Of a DNA stretch of 64,000 nucleotides, positions 1-10,433 are shown piece after piece. The notes under the pieces were generated by a model, which was not told where the DNA came from, ran no database searches, and was given only the letters and a program-made list of their open reading frames with translations. Source of the DNA: a virus; the IMG/VR virus record IMGVR_UViG_3300028829_002503, one strand, 5' to 3'. The first letter of the stretch is position 1; every line of letters begins with the position of its first letter. The translations under genes were made by a program, and so were the position numbers.

Positions 1-2638
1 AGGTATCAACTGGTGATGTGCCTATAATATCATCTGGATTTGATGGACTAGTTATATTAGATGTAGAAAAAACTGATTGTGGTGTTTCTACACCGTTTGG
101 CGATATTAGATGATGTGAGAAATTTACGCCTGATGTCGCATCTGTGTCTACAAAGTCTAAATTATCTCTTGCACCAGTGTATTGATACACTGCGTCAAAT
201 GTTGCGCCTGTGCTTCCATCGGTTACAACTGTTGATAATGGGGCTTGTCCTAGCGTTACGATTTCATCAGTTGCCGAATAAGTAGTTCCTGTTGAAGTTG
301 TCTCACCAGGTGCTAAGTAATTCAAGTATATAGTATCACGTTGTGATAAATTTGTTTCGTTATCAATAACATCTGTTGTATTGCCATAGAAGAATTTAAC
401 TTGTTCTCTACTTTCAAATGCTACTCTTTTACCAGTGAAAGTTGCTCTATATTCAGCCTCTGTTTCTCTAATGCCATAATTATAATTAAATGTAACCGAG
501 ATATCTGTAGTTGCTGTTCCTGAGCCTGCGCCAACACCAGTTGCTGTGAATACTGTTCCAATCTCACTATCAGTTGCACCGATTAATGTAAAGTCTGTAC
601 TGCCTACTGTTATAATTTTGTATTCTGTGCCAACTACAAATGCGCCTGCTGTAGTGGTGTTAGGTGTTAGACTCCATCCCCATGCATTTGAAACATATGT
701 ATAATATAATGTAAATGTTTCCGCATCAGGTGATACCTTAGTTTTAATTAAGGCTTTTTCTGCATCTGTGAACTTAGTTCTGAAACCTTTTACTAGTGTT
801 GAAATGCCAGCACTTCCAACATCACCATTCTCTGGAATCTTTTTATTTAATGTGAAATTTGTGCCATCTACTTTGTCTACGTCTGCCCAAATTATTTTGC
901 CTGAGTTTGTTTCTAATTTAAGTATATCTCCTACATTTACGCCAGACATAGTAGGTGAAACTATCATCATTGAATCTGTATTATCTACTGTGTATGTCTT
1001 TCCTGATTGTGCCAATACAACTTCTGTTGTGTTTGATTTATTTGTATGGAAAAATTTATTTAAAAGAACAGGATGTTTGATTGCTTTTACAAGTTCATTT
1101 CTAATGAAGTTGTCACTATTGCCTTTAGCCTTATTATAACTTAGTGGCATAGTTATAGATTCATTTTCTATAAAGATACTTCCATCAGAACCCGTAACAC
1201 TCAAGTTAGAGTGATGTCCTAACACATCATCCATTTCAAAGAAACGAGAATTGCCAGCGAAAGAAGTATTTACTGCCTTAACTTTATTAACAACATTGTT
1301 TCCTAGAGTTAATGGATATACATTATAATCTTGTGCGTTGACCATTCTGTCTTGTGAATAGTAACTTCTTGGTGCTATTCTTCTTACACTTGTGTAAGTT
1401 TCTCCTTCAAAGTTTTCTGAGAAATCTTTAGTACTTGTAATGGTTAGTGTAATTCTGTATGTTCGGTTGTCACTTCCTGTATAAGGAATTGTTATTGTTT
1501 TATTTGTGATGTCATTTGACTTCACTGAGAAGTTAGCATTGTCTGTTTTTCTAAACCACGTTCGGTAATTACCAAATGCGGCATTTCCAAATACACCATC
1601 TGGATAATGCAGTTCAATTGTATTGTTTTCGTTAGAATTTATACTTACTAAATCGCCAGAGCCTGTTCGTAAACTATTGAATATTGCTGTTTCTCTTGTG
1701 TCATTATCTACTTTTGTTACACTTGATACATATTGTTTATTTGCATCTGTTCTCTGAACCCAAACATCAGAGTTAGATATATTGATATCATCAATTAATT
1801 GTACTCTATTTGAAACTTTAGTATTATAGACGTGGTCTTTGTAACTTAATGTTCCTGCAACTGCATAAACAAAGAAACCAGTTCTATCACTTGCTGAACC
1901 TAGATTATCGTTTCGATTAATAATCGTAAATTTTTTGCTTAAGTTTGGTTCGTCTTCGTATATTCTAGTAGTTGACGTGTCTAATATTGTTCTAACCGCT
2001 TCAAAGTTTCTGCTTTTGCCACCAACCGTAGATGTAAATGGATAGTTAATATTCTTAGTAGAACTATCTTCATTGATTTCATAAAGAGAATGCTCAACGT
2101 CTGCGATTGTTAATGTAGATGCTGGATTCTGAATTTTAGTATTGCTTGTAAGTGTAGCATTTATGATGCTGATAAAATTCTCGTACCAATCTATGTTATT
2201 ACTGTCATTCCAGTTTACAGTTTTTCCTGCTAATGAAACGCCCATATTATCATAAACATCTTCAGTAGTTACGACACTAGATATCTTCATAAAACCCTTT
2301 GCATTGATTGGGCGTGTCTTGTTATAACCTAGAGTCTTTGCCATCTGTAGAATACTTGCTCTACGTTCAGCAGTATCCATAAAGTTTTCACGGGTATTCA
2401 TATCTAGTCGATATGATAAACTGTGTCCTAGATATGCGACTAAATCGAGAATCGCAATGAATTCTGAACTTGCTATGAAGTCGTTAAATTTATCAGGATA
2501 AGTTTGTCCTATATATGCTAGTAGGGCTTCTCTTATAGTGTCGAAATCGTATGCTTTGAGACTGACGTTGGTGAATGCAGTATATACTGTTGTCCAACTC
2601 TCACTTGCAAATAGACTGTCTGTACGTTCTTGGCTCAT
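1..2638 (-). CDS. gp6: Baseplate wedge subunit (T4 gp6-like); runs off the left end of the window
   Basis: Not in the ORF track because it is truncated. Hand translation from ATG at 2638: MSQERTDSLFASESWTTVYTAFTNVSLKAYDFDTIREALLAYIGQTYPDKFNDFIASSEFIAILDLVAYLGHSLSYRLDMNTRENFMDTAERRASILQMAKTLGY, a typical gp6 N-terminus; directly follows gp25. Confidence 0.85.
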   Translation of the reverse strand, partial: MSQERTDSLFASESWTTVYTAFTNVSLKAYDFDTIREALLAYIGQTYPDKFNDFIASSEFIAILDLVAYLGHSLSYRLDMNTRENFMDTAERRASILQMAKTLGYNKTRPINAKGFMKISSVVTTEDVYDNMGVSLAGKTVNWNDSNNIDWYENFISIINATLTSNTKIQNPASTLTIADVEHSLYEINEDSSTKNINYPFTSTVGGKSRNFEAVRTILDTSTTRIYEDEPNLSKKFTIINRNDNLGSASDRTGFFVYAVAGTLSYKDHVYNTKVSNRVQLIDDINISNSDVWVQRTDANKQYVSSVTKVDNDTRETAIFNSLRTGSGDLVSINSNENNTIELHYPDGVFGNAAFGNYRTWFRKTDNANFSVKSNDITNKTITIPYTGSDNRTYRITLTITSTKDFSENFEGETYTSVRRIAPRSYYSQDRMVNAQDYNVYPLTLGNNVVNKVKAVNTSFAGNSRFFEMDDVLGHHSNLSVTGSDGSIFIENESITMPLSYNKAKGNSDNFIRNELVKAIKHPVLLNKFFHTNKSNTTEVVLAQSGKTYTVDNTDSMMIVSPTMSGVNVGDILKLETNSGKIIWADVDKVDGTNFTLNKKIPENGDVGSAGISTLVKGFRTKFTDAEKALIKTKVSPDAETFTLYYTYVSNAWGWSLTPNTTTAGAFVVGTEYKIITVGSTDFTLIGATDSEIGTVFTATGVGAGSGTATTDISVTFNYNYGIRETEAEYRATFTGKRVAFESREQVKFFYGNTTDVIDNETNLSQRDTIYLNYLAPGETTSTGTTYSATDEIVTLGQAPLSTVVTDGSTGATFDAVYQYTGARDNLDFVDTDATSGVNFSHHLISPNGVETPQSVFSTSNITSPSNPDDIIGTSPVDT

Positions 2639-2651
2639 ATTATTCTCTCTG

Positions 2652-3008
2652 TTATTCTCTGTCTAAATCAATACTCAACTCAACGGGTTCATTTGTTGGT
2701 AGTATCTCAAGTTTCAAAATAGCGTTTATTGTATGGTCCGAGTCTTTAATATCAATGCTAACAAATTTACATCTCGGGTCATCATTTATAATTCCAGTTA
2801 AATCTTCTTCAATTAACTCAGTAGTTTCATCAGTTAGTGGCTCAAACAACATTTCATGTATAATTGACCCATAAGTAGGCAACATTACTCGTTCACCCTT
2901 ACGTGTCATAATGTGATTCATAAGGTCTTCAATCACCAAATCCTTATCGAATAACTGGTGATTTATTGCATTTTTGTTTTTGGTACTAAAACCTGTGAAT
3001 AATGGCAT
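2652..3008 (-). CDS. gp25: Baseplate wedge subunit gp25-like
   Basis: TRKGERVMLPTYGS..LFEPL motif, 118 aa, upstream of gp6. Confidence 0.9.
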   Translation of the reverse strand: MPLFTGFSTKNKNAINHQLFDKDLVIEDLMNHIMTRKGERVMLPTYGSIIHEMLFEPLTDETTELIEEDLTGIINDDPRCKFVSIDIKDSDHTINAILKLEILPTNEPVELSIDLDRE

Positions 3009-3075
3009 AACTTTTATTTTCTCTGTAGTTTATGTTACATGTATTTATCTCCACATAATATTCGTAGTTTTAGTA

Positions 3076-3117
3076 TTGACATTTTTGTTTAATAATGTTA
3101 TTATAGACATATAAATA
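3076..3117 (+). promoter_or_regulatory. Tandem promoters for clpP: sigma70 type plus T4 late box
   Basis: TTGACA 3076-3081, 17-nt spacer ending TG-T, TATTAT 3099-3104; TATAAATA at 3110-3117. Confidence 0.75.
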
Positions 3118-3146
3118 CTAGTATATCACAACAAGGATAACATCTA

Positions 3147-3737
3147 ATGCCAAATTTAGTACCAATGGTCGTTGACCAATCAGCAAATGGAGAGCGTAGT
3201 TACGATATTTTCTCTCGTTTATTAAAAGAAAGAGTTATATTTCTAACAAGCGAAGTGAATGACTATCAGGCAGACTTGATTTGTGCCCAGTTATTATTCT
3301 TAGAAGCAGAGAATTCAGAAAAAGATATTCATTTTTACATCAATTCTCCGGGTGGAGCAGTGACTTCTGGTATGGCAATATACGACACGATGCAGTTTAT
3401 CACTTGTCCAGTAGCAACAACCGTGATGGGACAAGCGTGTTCTATGGGTTCATTACTTGCTCAAGCAGGTGCTAAAGGTAAAAGATATGTGTTACCAAAT
3501 AGTCGCACGATGATTCATCAACCAAGTGGTGGTGCTGGTGGACAAGCAACTGATATGGAAATTCAAGTTAAAGAAATTCTTAAGATGAAAGAGAGATTAA
3601 CTGGAATTTATGTATCACACAATACTGCTGGAAAGACATTTGAAGAATTAACTGAAGCGATGGAGCGAGACAACTTTATGTCTGCTGAAGAGACTGTTGC
3701 TTTTGGACTAGCAGATAAAGTTATAGATAAACGTTAA
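3147..3737 (+). CDS. clpP: ATP-dependent Clp protease proteolytic subunit
   Basis: [40 protein letters not shown] (Ser), MIHQP (His), ERDNFM (Asp). Confidence 0.97.
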   Translation: MPNLVPMVVDQSANGERSYDIFSRLLKERVIFLTSEVNDYQADLICAQLLFLEAENSEKDIHFYINSPGGAVTSGMAIYDTMQFITCPVATTVMGQACSMGSLLAQAGAKGKRYVLPNSRTMIHQPSGGAGGQATDMEIQVKEILKMKERLTGIYVSHNTAGKTFEELTEAMERDNFMSAEETVAFGLADKVIDKR

Positions 3738-4369
3738 GAAAACCCAGGCACATAACTAAACATTTTAGCAGTTTTCATCTTTCTTTGTGCTAGTTTATCA
3801 TTTACTTTGCCATTCTTTTTTATATTACTTTGAATTTCATCTGTTACTGAATACCAGTTTCCATCATTTATAAGTTTAACAATAGAACTGTTTTCTATAG
3901 TATCAACACCTTCATTAAAGAAGTGAAATATCAACGCATCATACTGTGGTTGTGCTAGTTGTACTTTAACAAATCTTTCTAAAACATTTCCTATATTTCT
4001 TAATTGTTTTTCTAAAATAAAATCAGCGGCACCATTTGATATCTTGTTAGAAGAAATGTCTATTCTTGTAGATGCAACTGTTATGTAGTTGTAATCTATT
4101 TCTGTGTCTGATATCTTATAATTATATCCTACTATGTTATCTTTTATTGTGAGTGTTGGTATATTATCAAGCAAAATAGCATTCTTACTGTTTAAAGAAA
4201 AAGTTAGGGTGTTAATATCACTCATTACTACCTTAATATGAGAAAGAATATAAGTTGGCTTATTATCTACGTCATATCCCGTTCCTAAGAACGTACCGTT
4301 GGGTGTTATCACATTAAGTGGTAACTGTATATAATTTAACAATGAGCCTTTTCTTTTATCGTATATCAT
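3734..4369 (-). CDS. GH24 lysozyme-fold baseplate protein, catalytic residues apparently lost
   Basis: [49 protein letters not shown] matches the phage lysozyme C-terminal pattern; directly downstream of gp5. Confidence 0.6.
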   Translation of the reverse strand: MIYDKRKGSLLNYIQLPLNVITPNGTFLGTGYDVDNKPTYILSHIKVVMSDINTLTFSLNSKNAILLDNIPTLTIKDNIVGYNYKISDTEIDYNYITVASTRIDISSNKISNGAADFILEKQLRNIGNVLERFVKVQLAQPQYDALIFHFFNEGVDTIENSSIVKLINDGNWYSVTDEIQSNIKKNGKVNDKLAQRKMKTAKMFSYVPGFS

Positions 4370-4372
4370 AAT

Positions 4373-5656
4373 TTATCCCATGTTTTTCTTGCCATCTTCA
4401 CTGGCATATGCTTTTGCGTAATCGCTTGTAGACAAATCTTTTGCATGTGGACGAATAAATGGTTCGTGGGTTGGCATCTCAGAAACTATTGTACCTTTCA
4501 CTTCCGTATTCTCTGCATTTTGCATGTCTGGTTTTGAATCTACTTGAATTAGTTCTGATTCTGCCGCAATAGGACCATTCAAATGTAATAGTCCTCCAGT
4601 AGACACAACACAGTTTACACCAACTGATATATTCATTTGGGCTTCAGTTTGAATAAATTGAGTACCTTTGCTTCTTATATGCAATTCATTGTCTGAGTTG
4701 AGTTTTGTATTTCCAATACTATGTATATTGATATTTTCTGCGGCTTCTAAATTAATATTTTTGTCTGCACGAACATTGAAATCTTTTTCAGTTCTCACAT
4801 TCATAGAGCCTTTTGCATAGACCATGACTTCACCATTTGCACCTATTTCTATCCAGCCAGAACCATCACTATTCACTGCGTAAATAAAGTCATTACTGCC
4901 ATCTAAAATAATACCAGAACCAGATGCTGTTGTAATTCTTATTTGTTCAGGATGAAGTGTACCATCATCAGCAACACTTCCATCATCCATTGATATTGCA
5001 CAACCACTTGGAGTTTTAAATCCAGTAACTTTATTTTGTTGTGGAATAGGATATCCAGCATCTCGTGTTGGCGATGCAGTAGATGGTCCTCTTAGAGGGT
5101 CAGAATAAGTTCCTTGATTTGCTAATACTGTGTTTCTTACACTGTTATCTCTTTCGTTAACTGAAAGAACAGATGCATCTCCTCTAGTCACTGGTGTATC
5201 TTTACTTGCATGAATATCTTTATATAGTCCTTCGCCTTGTCCGTCGCCTGTAACTTTCGCTTTGCCCGATGAACCACCACTAACTACATCTGGAATCTCT
5301 TGTGCTACTGCAAACCAATAACCTTCTTTGCCGTTATCAGCAAAAGTGACAAGAATGGTTACACCCTCATCAACGGGTGCTCCAAAAAATCCATAACTAC
5401 CGCCTGCTCCAGCGCCACCAAATGGACTAGCATATTCAAAGAAATATGGGTCAAATGGGTCGCCATTTAATGATGGAATATATGCGGCTAATCTACCTCT
5501 TCCCTGTGGGTCAATATATTTTTCACCAGTCTTTGGATTATTAAAAACAGTCTTTGCTTTGAATACTCCTCTTCCAACTGTCTTAGATATAGGAGAACCA
5601 ATCGTTTTACGTTCTTTATTAATTGTATTTGCAAATGCGTTGCCTCTATTAAGCAT
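4373..5656 (-). CDS. gp5: Baseplate central spike (gp5/VgrG-like OB-fold plus beta-helix)
   Basis: DPQGRGRLAAYIP, FEYASPFGG, FGAP..LVTFADN..GYWFA; beta-helix repeats (NVRADKNINLEA). Confidence 0.85.
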   Translation of the reverse strand: MLNRGNAFANTINKERKTIGSPISKTVGRGVFKAKTVFNNPKTGEKYIDPQGRGRLAAYIPSLNGDPFDPYFFEYASPFGGAGAGGSYGFFGAPVDEGVTILVTFADNGKEGYWFAVAQEIPDVVSGGSSGKAKVTGDGQGEGLYKDIHASKDTPVTRGDASVLSVNERDNSVRNTVLANQGTYSDPLRGPSTASPTRDAGYPIPQQNKVTGFKTPSGCAISMDDGSVADDGTLHPEQIRITTASGSGIILDGSNDFIYAVNSDGSGWIEIGANGEVMVYAKGSMNVRTEKDFNVRADKNINLEAAENINIHSIGNTKLNSDNELHIRSKGTQFIQTEAQMNISVGVNCVVSTGGLLHLNGPIAAESELIQVDSKPDMQNAENTEVKGTIVSEMPTHEPFIRPHAKDLSTSDYAKAYASEDGKKNMG

Positions 5657-5666
5657 ATTATTCTCC

Positions 5667-8600
5667 TTATGGCGTTGTTGCGTCTATATAAAATTTATCG
5701 GCAGTAATAGTTATCTCAAGTGCGCCACTAGTTGTGTTTAGTTTGCCGTCTACGTTTTGACTTTTTTGACCAGATTTAATATCTGGAAATAAATCTGCAA
5801 TTTTTCCTTTTATAGCATCGTAGTCTCCTAGATACATTGGGTTCATATCATTATATGTCATTGTATATACACCAAAGAAGTTACTAGGGTCACTAATCGT
5901 CTGTGATACTCCATTTGCATCTGTGTATATTATTGGTGCTATATTATTATAATCTATAACCGTGTGCTTGATTCCATCATCATCTTCTACCTCAACTTTA
6001 GGTCCATTTTCCCAATCTACCACTGATTTATAAATTTTTCGTGCTTCATCATATTGTGCAACTTTATCCGGATTAGCCATTGCATATTCAAAACCTACAC
6101 CAGCACCGTCAAGTTTGTCTCTTAAACTTCCAGGTAATATAATATCACGGGTGTTTGTTGCTGTTTTTACTAGTATGGGCACTTCTTCGGTGTCTATCGG
6201 TACGACTGGATTTTTTATTTGTATAACCTCATTATTTACAACTGCTACACTTGTAAGTTTTTCTCCTGGTAACGAAAGTTCATTTATTGCTGTTTCGGTT
6301 TCAACCCTTTCTAGTTCTCTTTTATGTGCTTCTCTTAATACACCATCAAAGTAATAACCGTCAAGATTCGTATTTAATTCTGTAGATTCAGTAGATAGTT
6401 CCTTTAATTTTGTTTCAGTTTTTTTAACATTTACAGATGTTGTAATATCTCCTCTATGTCCGGTTTGTGCATTTTCATTTATACTGTTAATTGCTCCCGC
6501 GGCAGCCTCAACTGTTTCATAGTCTTCTACTGAAAGAGAATCTAGTATTACTGATTGTCTGATTTTCGCCGCCGCTCTGAAATTCATTGCTTTTCTCACA
6601 TCATCTGATACTACAATTTCTTCTTTTTTAATATTTTCATCTATCGCTTTAACTGTGCTGTCATACCAAGCCTCTTCTCTAGCCAAATCTTCTGCTGATA
6701 GATTCTCACCTGTTAGTATATTGTTTATTTGTTCACCTAACATATTCACATCACTTGTTTCTGAAATTGTCAATGTATCTGGTTCAATCTTTTTAATTTC
6801 AAGTCTTCTTGTCGTAGGATTAAATACCTTTTCTTCAGTGACAACGGCATCGACATTTTCTTCAAACCAATGAGTGTTCTTCCAGTCATTATTAGCATTT
6901 GGATAATATATTTGGTCTCTATACAATTTTTCGTCCCATGTATAAGTTGGAAGATTAATTATTGTATCGGGAATTCCTGCGTTAAAAAGTGCATCTGTGT
7001 TAGAGCCATCTAGTATTTGATTGTCTGCATTTTTAAATGTAGATTCTCCGTATGTTCCATTATTCACTTCTTGTATAATGATTGTTGGTGTTCTTTCTCC
7101 TGTCGCATCTACAACTATTTCTTGTATATCATCAGGGTCATGTCCAGTGATAGATAGTTCGCCACCTACAGCAATTTGATATGCCGCTACTTCTTGTGGT
7201 GATAAGATAAAATCTGCATTTGTAGATGGGTCTGCAATAATATCATTGAAGTATGTGTTTACTGCTGTTATGGTTGCCGGTTTTCCTTTATCATCTAATG
7301 TAAGACCAAGGTGACCAAGTAATGCTTTTTCTTGGTCAACCACTGCTTTACAACTATCAGGAGAGCCCTCTTTACATGCGATACGCAAATCTTTTGTATC
7401 TTCCAACCAGAATAACGCCTGATTTCTTCTAGCCACATTATCCAGAAATGGAGCGGCATGTTGTCCTAAAACACCTGTTAGATTATTAGGATTTACAGAA
7501 AGCACGTCATTCCAATCATCATTGATTGTTTCTGCATCATCGATAGTCCATTTCATTTTTTCATCAAGTGTTTTGTTGAATACTCTTCCTATCCAAGAAC
7601 GTGTGTCTTCTGGCTTAACGGGGATAGGGCGTGGTTCGATTACATCTAACCCAGGCGGAAGTTCTGATAAGTCTGGATTAGTCGCAGTAGGTTCATCCAA
7701 TAAGGTTAAGTTTTCTAAATCTCCTACAACTCCAGTTTCTGGATTAAGATATTCTGCTTCTGTCTTCTTTATCATACTCAATGTTTGAGTGAAAATACCA
7801 TTTTGAAAATTACTAGTAATAGTTCTTACTAAGTACAGACTTGTTATAAGATTTCTAGTAATAACATTTTCATATGCATCTACTCCGTCTGCTACATTTG
7901 ATATTAAAACAAGTCCATTTCCACCATTTATAGTAGTCATTGCATTTAGTCCTGGTCGACCACCTGTGATTCCAAACTCTTTTAGTTTCATTTGTGGTGG
8001 CATATAACCTTCTAACCAATAGGGGTCTCCCTTGATAGTCATATTTGCTCGAACCATACTTATATTAAACTGTTTTGATTCATAATATTTCTCTCTTGCA
8101 AGATACAAGTGTTCTGGATCCGTTGGCTTGATTGTGTATAATTCTTCGTCACCTAATGTTCTCACTAGTCTTTTAAACACAATAGGATTATTTGCCTGTG
8201 CTTTTAACATAATTTCAAATTGTTCATTTGACATTCTGCTTACAATATCATTATCCAAGTCTTCTATTAGTATAATTCTATTAGCATTACTAATTGCATT
8301 AACATCTGTGTTGCCTTTAAAGATTATATCGTCATATACGTTTTGATTAGCCTTCCACTGATGATTAAAGGCACTACTTACCTTATCAGCAAGGGCATCT
8401 TGTATAAGATTATCTCTATTTTCTTGTGACAATCTCGCTTGATTCGTATTAAGTTGATTAGAATCACGGGCTATTTCTATACCCTTTTCAAGTTTTGATA
8501 TATTTTCTATCATATGAGAATAGTTTAATTCTTTAGAAATATCAGAGGTAAAGTTACCATCTGGTCCAGCCTCGCCAGTTGCCACCATCAACTCTACTAA

Positions 8601-10139
8601 AGTTCTTCCAGCATACATATCAGCAACATCCGCCGGTGTGGATCCACCATCACGTGCAACTAAAGCCTGTATGATTTCTGCTTTATAACCATCTTGTGTT
8701 TTTAATTTCTTGTTTCTTAAGTTTGTTAGTTGGTCTTGGGATTCATCTTTAAGTTTTAATAGTTCTTGGAGATTTGCTTCTTCTTCATCGATAATTTTTT
8801 TGTATTCATCTAAGATTATACTGCCTTCTTGTCCGTCTGGTAACAGAAAATTTTCAAATGCATAATAATCAGATGGCACACTATATGTTTTGGCAAGGTC
8901 AGCATCTAATGAAACATTAAAATCTATCACTTGGTCGTTCTTTCCAGTAAATTGGTAATCATACTTTTTGCCCACATGTAGGTCATCAAAATACTCTTGT
9001 ATCACCGCTCTAACATTTTTTATCTTATTAACTTGGTCTAATCCATTTTGAACAATTGGTTCTTTCTCCCAATGAAAATGATACTCAATATCATATGCGT
9101 CTGTTCCTTTTATCGGATTATATCCATTTTCTTTTGTGACAATCCATGGAGTAATTTTAAATAATTTACTCCAACTCTCAGATGATTTTGTTAATTCTTC
9201 TTTAATAATTTTTGAGTTAAAACATATTTCTAATAAAATTGAATATATGTCTTTGCCGGGCAATACCTGCCCTATATTTTTGCCGGTGTTTGTAGTTGTT
9301 CCTGTTTCCATATTTTGAGAACCATGGGCAATATCTCCATCGATTGATGAACCCGAGGCGAAATCTTTAAACTCATCTGAAAACGAAACTGAATAAGTAT
9401 GTTGAAGTCTTTCTGGTAAAGTTGGATGTGCCTTCTTAACAGATTCATTCAATCTATCTACAAAGTGTTCTACAGTTTCTTGTAATGTCGGTCTTATTTC
9501 ATATGAGAAATTATCTTCAGTCATACTAACGTCTAAGTCCATCACTGTTTTATCTGGAGGAATAATACCTTCAATTACTGTAGATGTTCCTCTTGCATCG
9601 GTTGATGTAGATAGTCCAGTATATTGTGAAATAACAAAGGGTATAACTTTTGTTGAGTTTTCTATTTGAAATTCTTTTCCAGATTCATCATAGCCAACAA
9701 AATTAATTTTAATATAAAATGTTGTTTGTGGTATTGAATAGAATCCAGATAAAGCGATTGCATTATGTAAATTATCAACTAGACTAGTTTCGCCAACCTG
9801 TGTAATACTAAAACTTAAAGATACCGCGGTGCCTGCTATTTTGCTATTTGTCGCATTACCGGCATGTATTGATTCTATAGATAAGTCTGTTATGTTAAAT
9901 TCTGTTGAGGCACCAGTCTTTGCTATAGTGATATAATTATCATCTACCGACGGCCATTCGTTATTAGAAATGCCTTCAATATTAAAGCCTTCGAATTGTT
10001 GAAATCTTCTATCAGTTTCACGGTCAACTACAATCCACTCTAGGTTGTAAGTAAATGACGTATATTGGTCTAAAGGATTTGAGATAAATTCTGTGGCATC
10101 TACGATATCTTGCAGAGTACTCGCTTTTGTATTATCCAT
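5667..10139 (-). CDS. Very large baseplate hub protein (gp27-like position) with long C-terminal extension
   Basis: 1490-aa ORF between the gp53-like gene and gp5; NPLDQYTSFTYNL start and ANMTIKGDPYWL..YLVRTITSNFQNGIFTQTL hub-like segment. Confidence 0.55.
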   Translation of the reverse strand: MDNTKASTLQDIVDATEFISNPLDQYTSFTYNLEWIVVDRETDRRFQQFEGFNIEGISNNEWPSVDDNYITIAKTGASTEFNITDLSIESIHAGNATNSKIAGTAVSLSFSITQVGETSLVDNLHNAIALSGFYSIPQTTFYIKINFVGYDESGKEFQIENSTKVIPFVISQYTGLSTSTDARGTSTVIEGIIPPDKTVMDLDVSMTEDNFSYEIRPTLQETVEHFVDRLNESVKKAHPTLPERLQHTYSVSFSDEFKDFASGSSIDGDIAHGSQNMETGTTTNTGKNIGQVLPGKDIYSILLEICFNSKIIKEELTKSSESWSKLFKITPWIVTKENGYNPIKGTDAYDIEYHFHWEKEPIVQNGLDQVNKIKNVRAVIQEYFDDLHVGKKYDYQFTGKNDQVIDFNVSLDADLAKTYSVPSDYYAFENFLLPDGQEGSIILDEYKKIIDEEEANLQELLKLKDESQDQLTNLRNKKLKTQDGYKAEIIQALVARDGGSTPADVADMYAGRTLVELMVATGEAGPDGNFTSDISKELNYSHMIENISKLEKGIEIARDSNQLNTNQARLSQENRDNLIQDALADKVSSAFNHQWKANQNVYDDIIFKGNTDVNAISNANRIILIEDLDNDIVSRMSNEQFEIMLKAQANNPIVFKRLVRTLGDEELYTIKPTDPEHLYLAREKYYESKQFNISMVRANMTIKGDPYWLEGYMPPQMKLKEFGITGGRPGLNAMTTINGGNGLVLISNVADGVDAYENVITRNLITSLYLVRTITSNFQNGIFTQTLSMIKKTEAEYLNPETGVVGDLENLTLLDEPTATNPDLSELPPGLDVIEPRPIPVKPEDTRSWIGRVFNKTLDEKMKWTIDDAETINDDWNDVLSVNPNNLTGVLGQHAAPFLDNVARRNQALFWLEDTKDLRIACKEGSPDSCKAVVDQEKALLGHLGLTLDDKGKPATITAVNTYFNDIIADPSTNADFILSPQEVAAYQIAVGGELSITGHDPDDIQEIVVDATGERTPTIIIQEVNNGTYGESTFKNADNQILDGSNTDALFNAGIPDTIINLPTYTWDEKLYRDQIYYPNANNDWKNTHWFEENVDAVVTEEKVFNPTTRRLEIKKIEPDTLTISETSDVNMLGEQINNILTGENLSAEDLAREEAWYDSTVKAIDENIKKEEIVVSDDVRKAMNFRAAAKIRQSVILDSLSVEDYETVEAAAGAINSINENAQTGHRGDITTSVNVKKTETKLKELSTESTELNTNLDGYYFDGVLREAHKRELERVETETAINELSLPGEKLTSVAVVNNEVIQIKNPVVPIDTEEVPILVKTATNTRDIILPGSLRDKLDGAGVGFEYAMANPDKVAQYDEARKIYKSVVDWENGPKVEVEDDDGIKHTVIDYNNIAPIIYTDANGVSQTISDPSNFFGVYTMTYNDMNPMYLGDYDAIKGKIADLFPDIKSGQKSQNVDGKLNTTSGALEITITADKFYIDATTP

Positions 10140-10142
10140 TGT

Positions 10143-10433
10143 TTATACCATTCTATTAATATTTTCAAGACTCGGAAGTTTAATAACTTTTCCAGCAGAA
10201 AAGTCTCTAATTGGGTCAGCCATAATATCAGGATTTCTATGTGCGAATATCCACCAATACTTAGAACTGCCATACATATTGTAACTACAAAGGTCTGGTC
10301 TTTCATCGAATTCTTGTGGTATCGTATAATCCTCATCATACGGGTCTTTGAATATAAATCTCTTTTTCATTATATCTAAGACTGTATCTTTGATAATCGT
10401 AGTTCTATTCCATGGTGAAGTTTTCTTATACAT
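10143..10433 (-). CDS. gp53: Baseplate wedge gp53-like / LysM-like protein
   Basis: RPDLCSYNMYGSSKYWWIFAHRN..DPIRDF.AG..IKLP motif. Confidence 0.8.
   Translation of the reverse strand: MYKKTSPWNRTTIIKDTVLDIMKKRFIFKDPYDEDYTIPQEFDERPDLCSYNMYGSSKYWWIFAHRNPDIMADPIRDFSAGKVIKLPSLENINRMV

Noticed and set aside
79-2874. Plus-strand ORFs 79-285, 768-1139 and 2575-2874
   Set aside because: They lie antisense to the gp6 and gp25 genes
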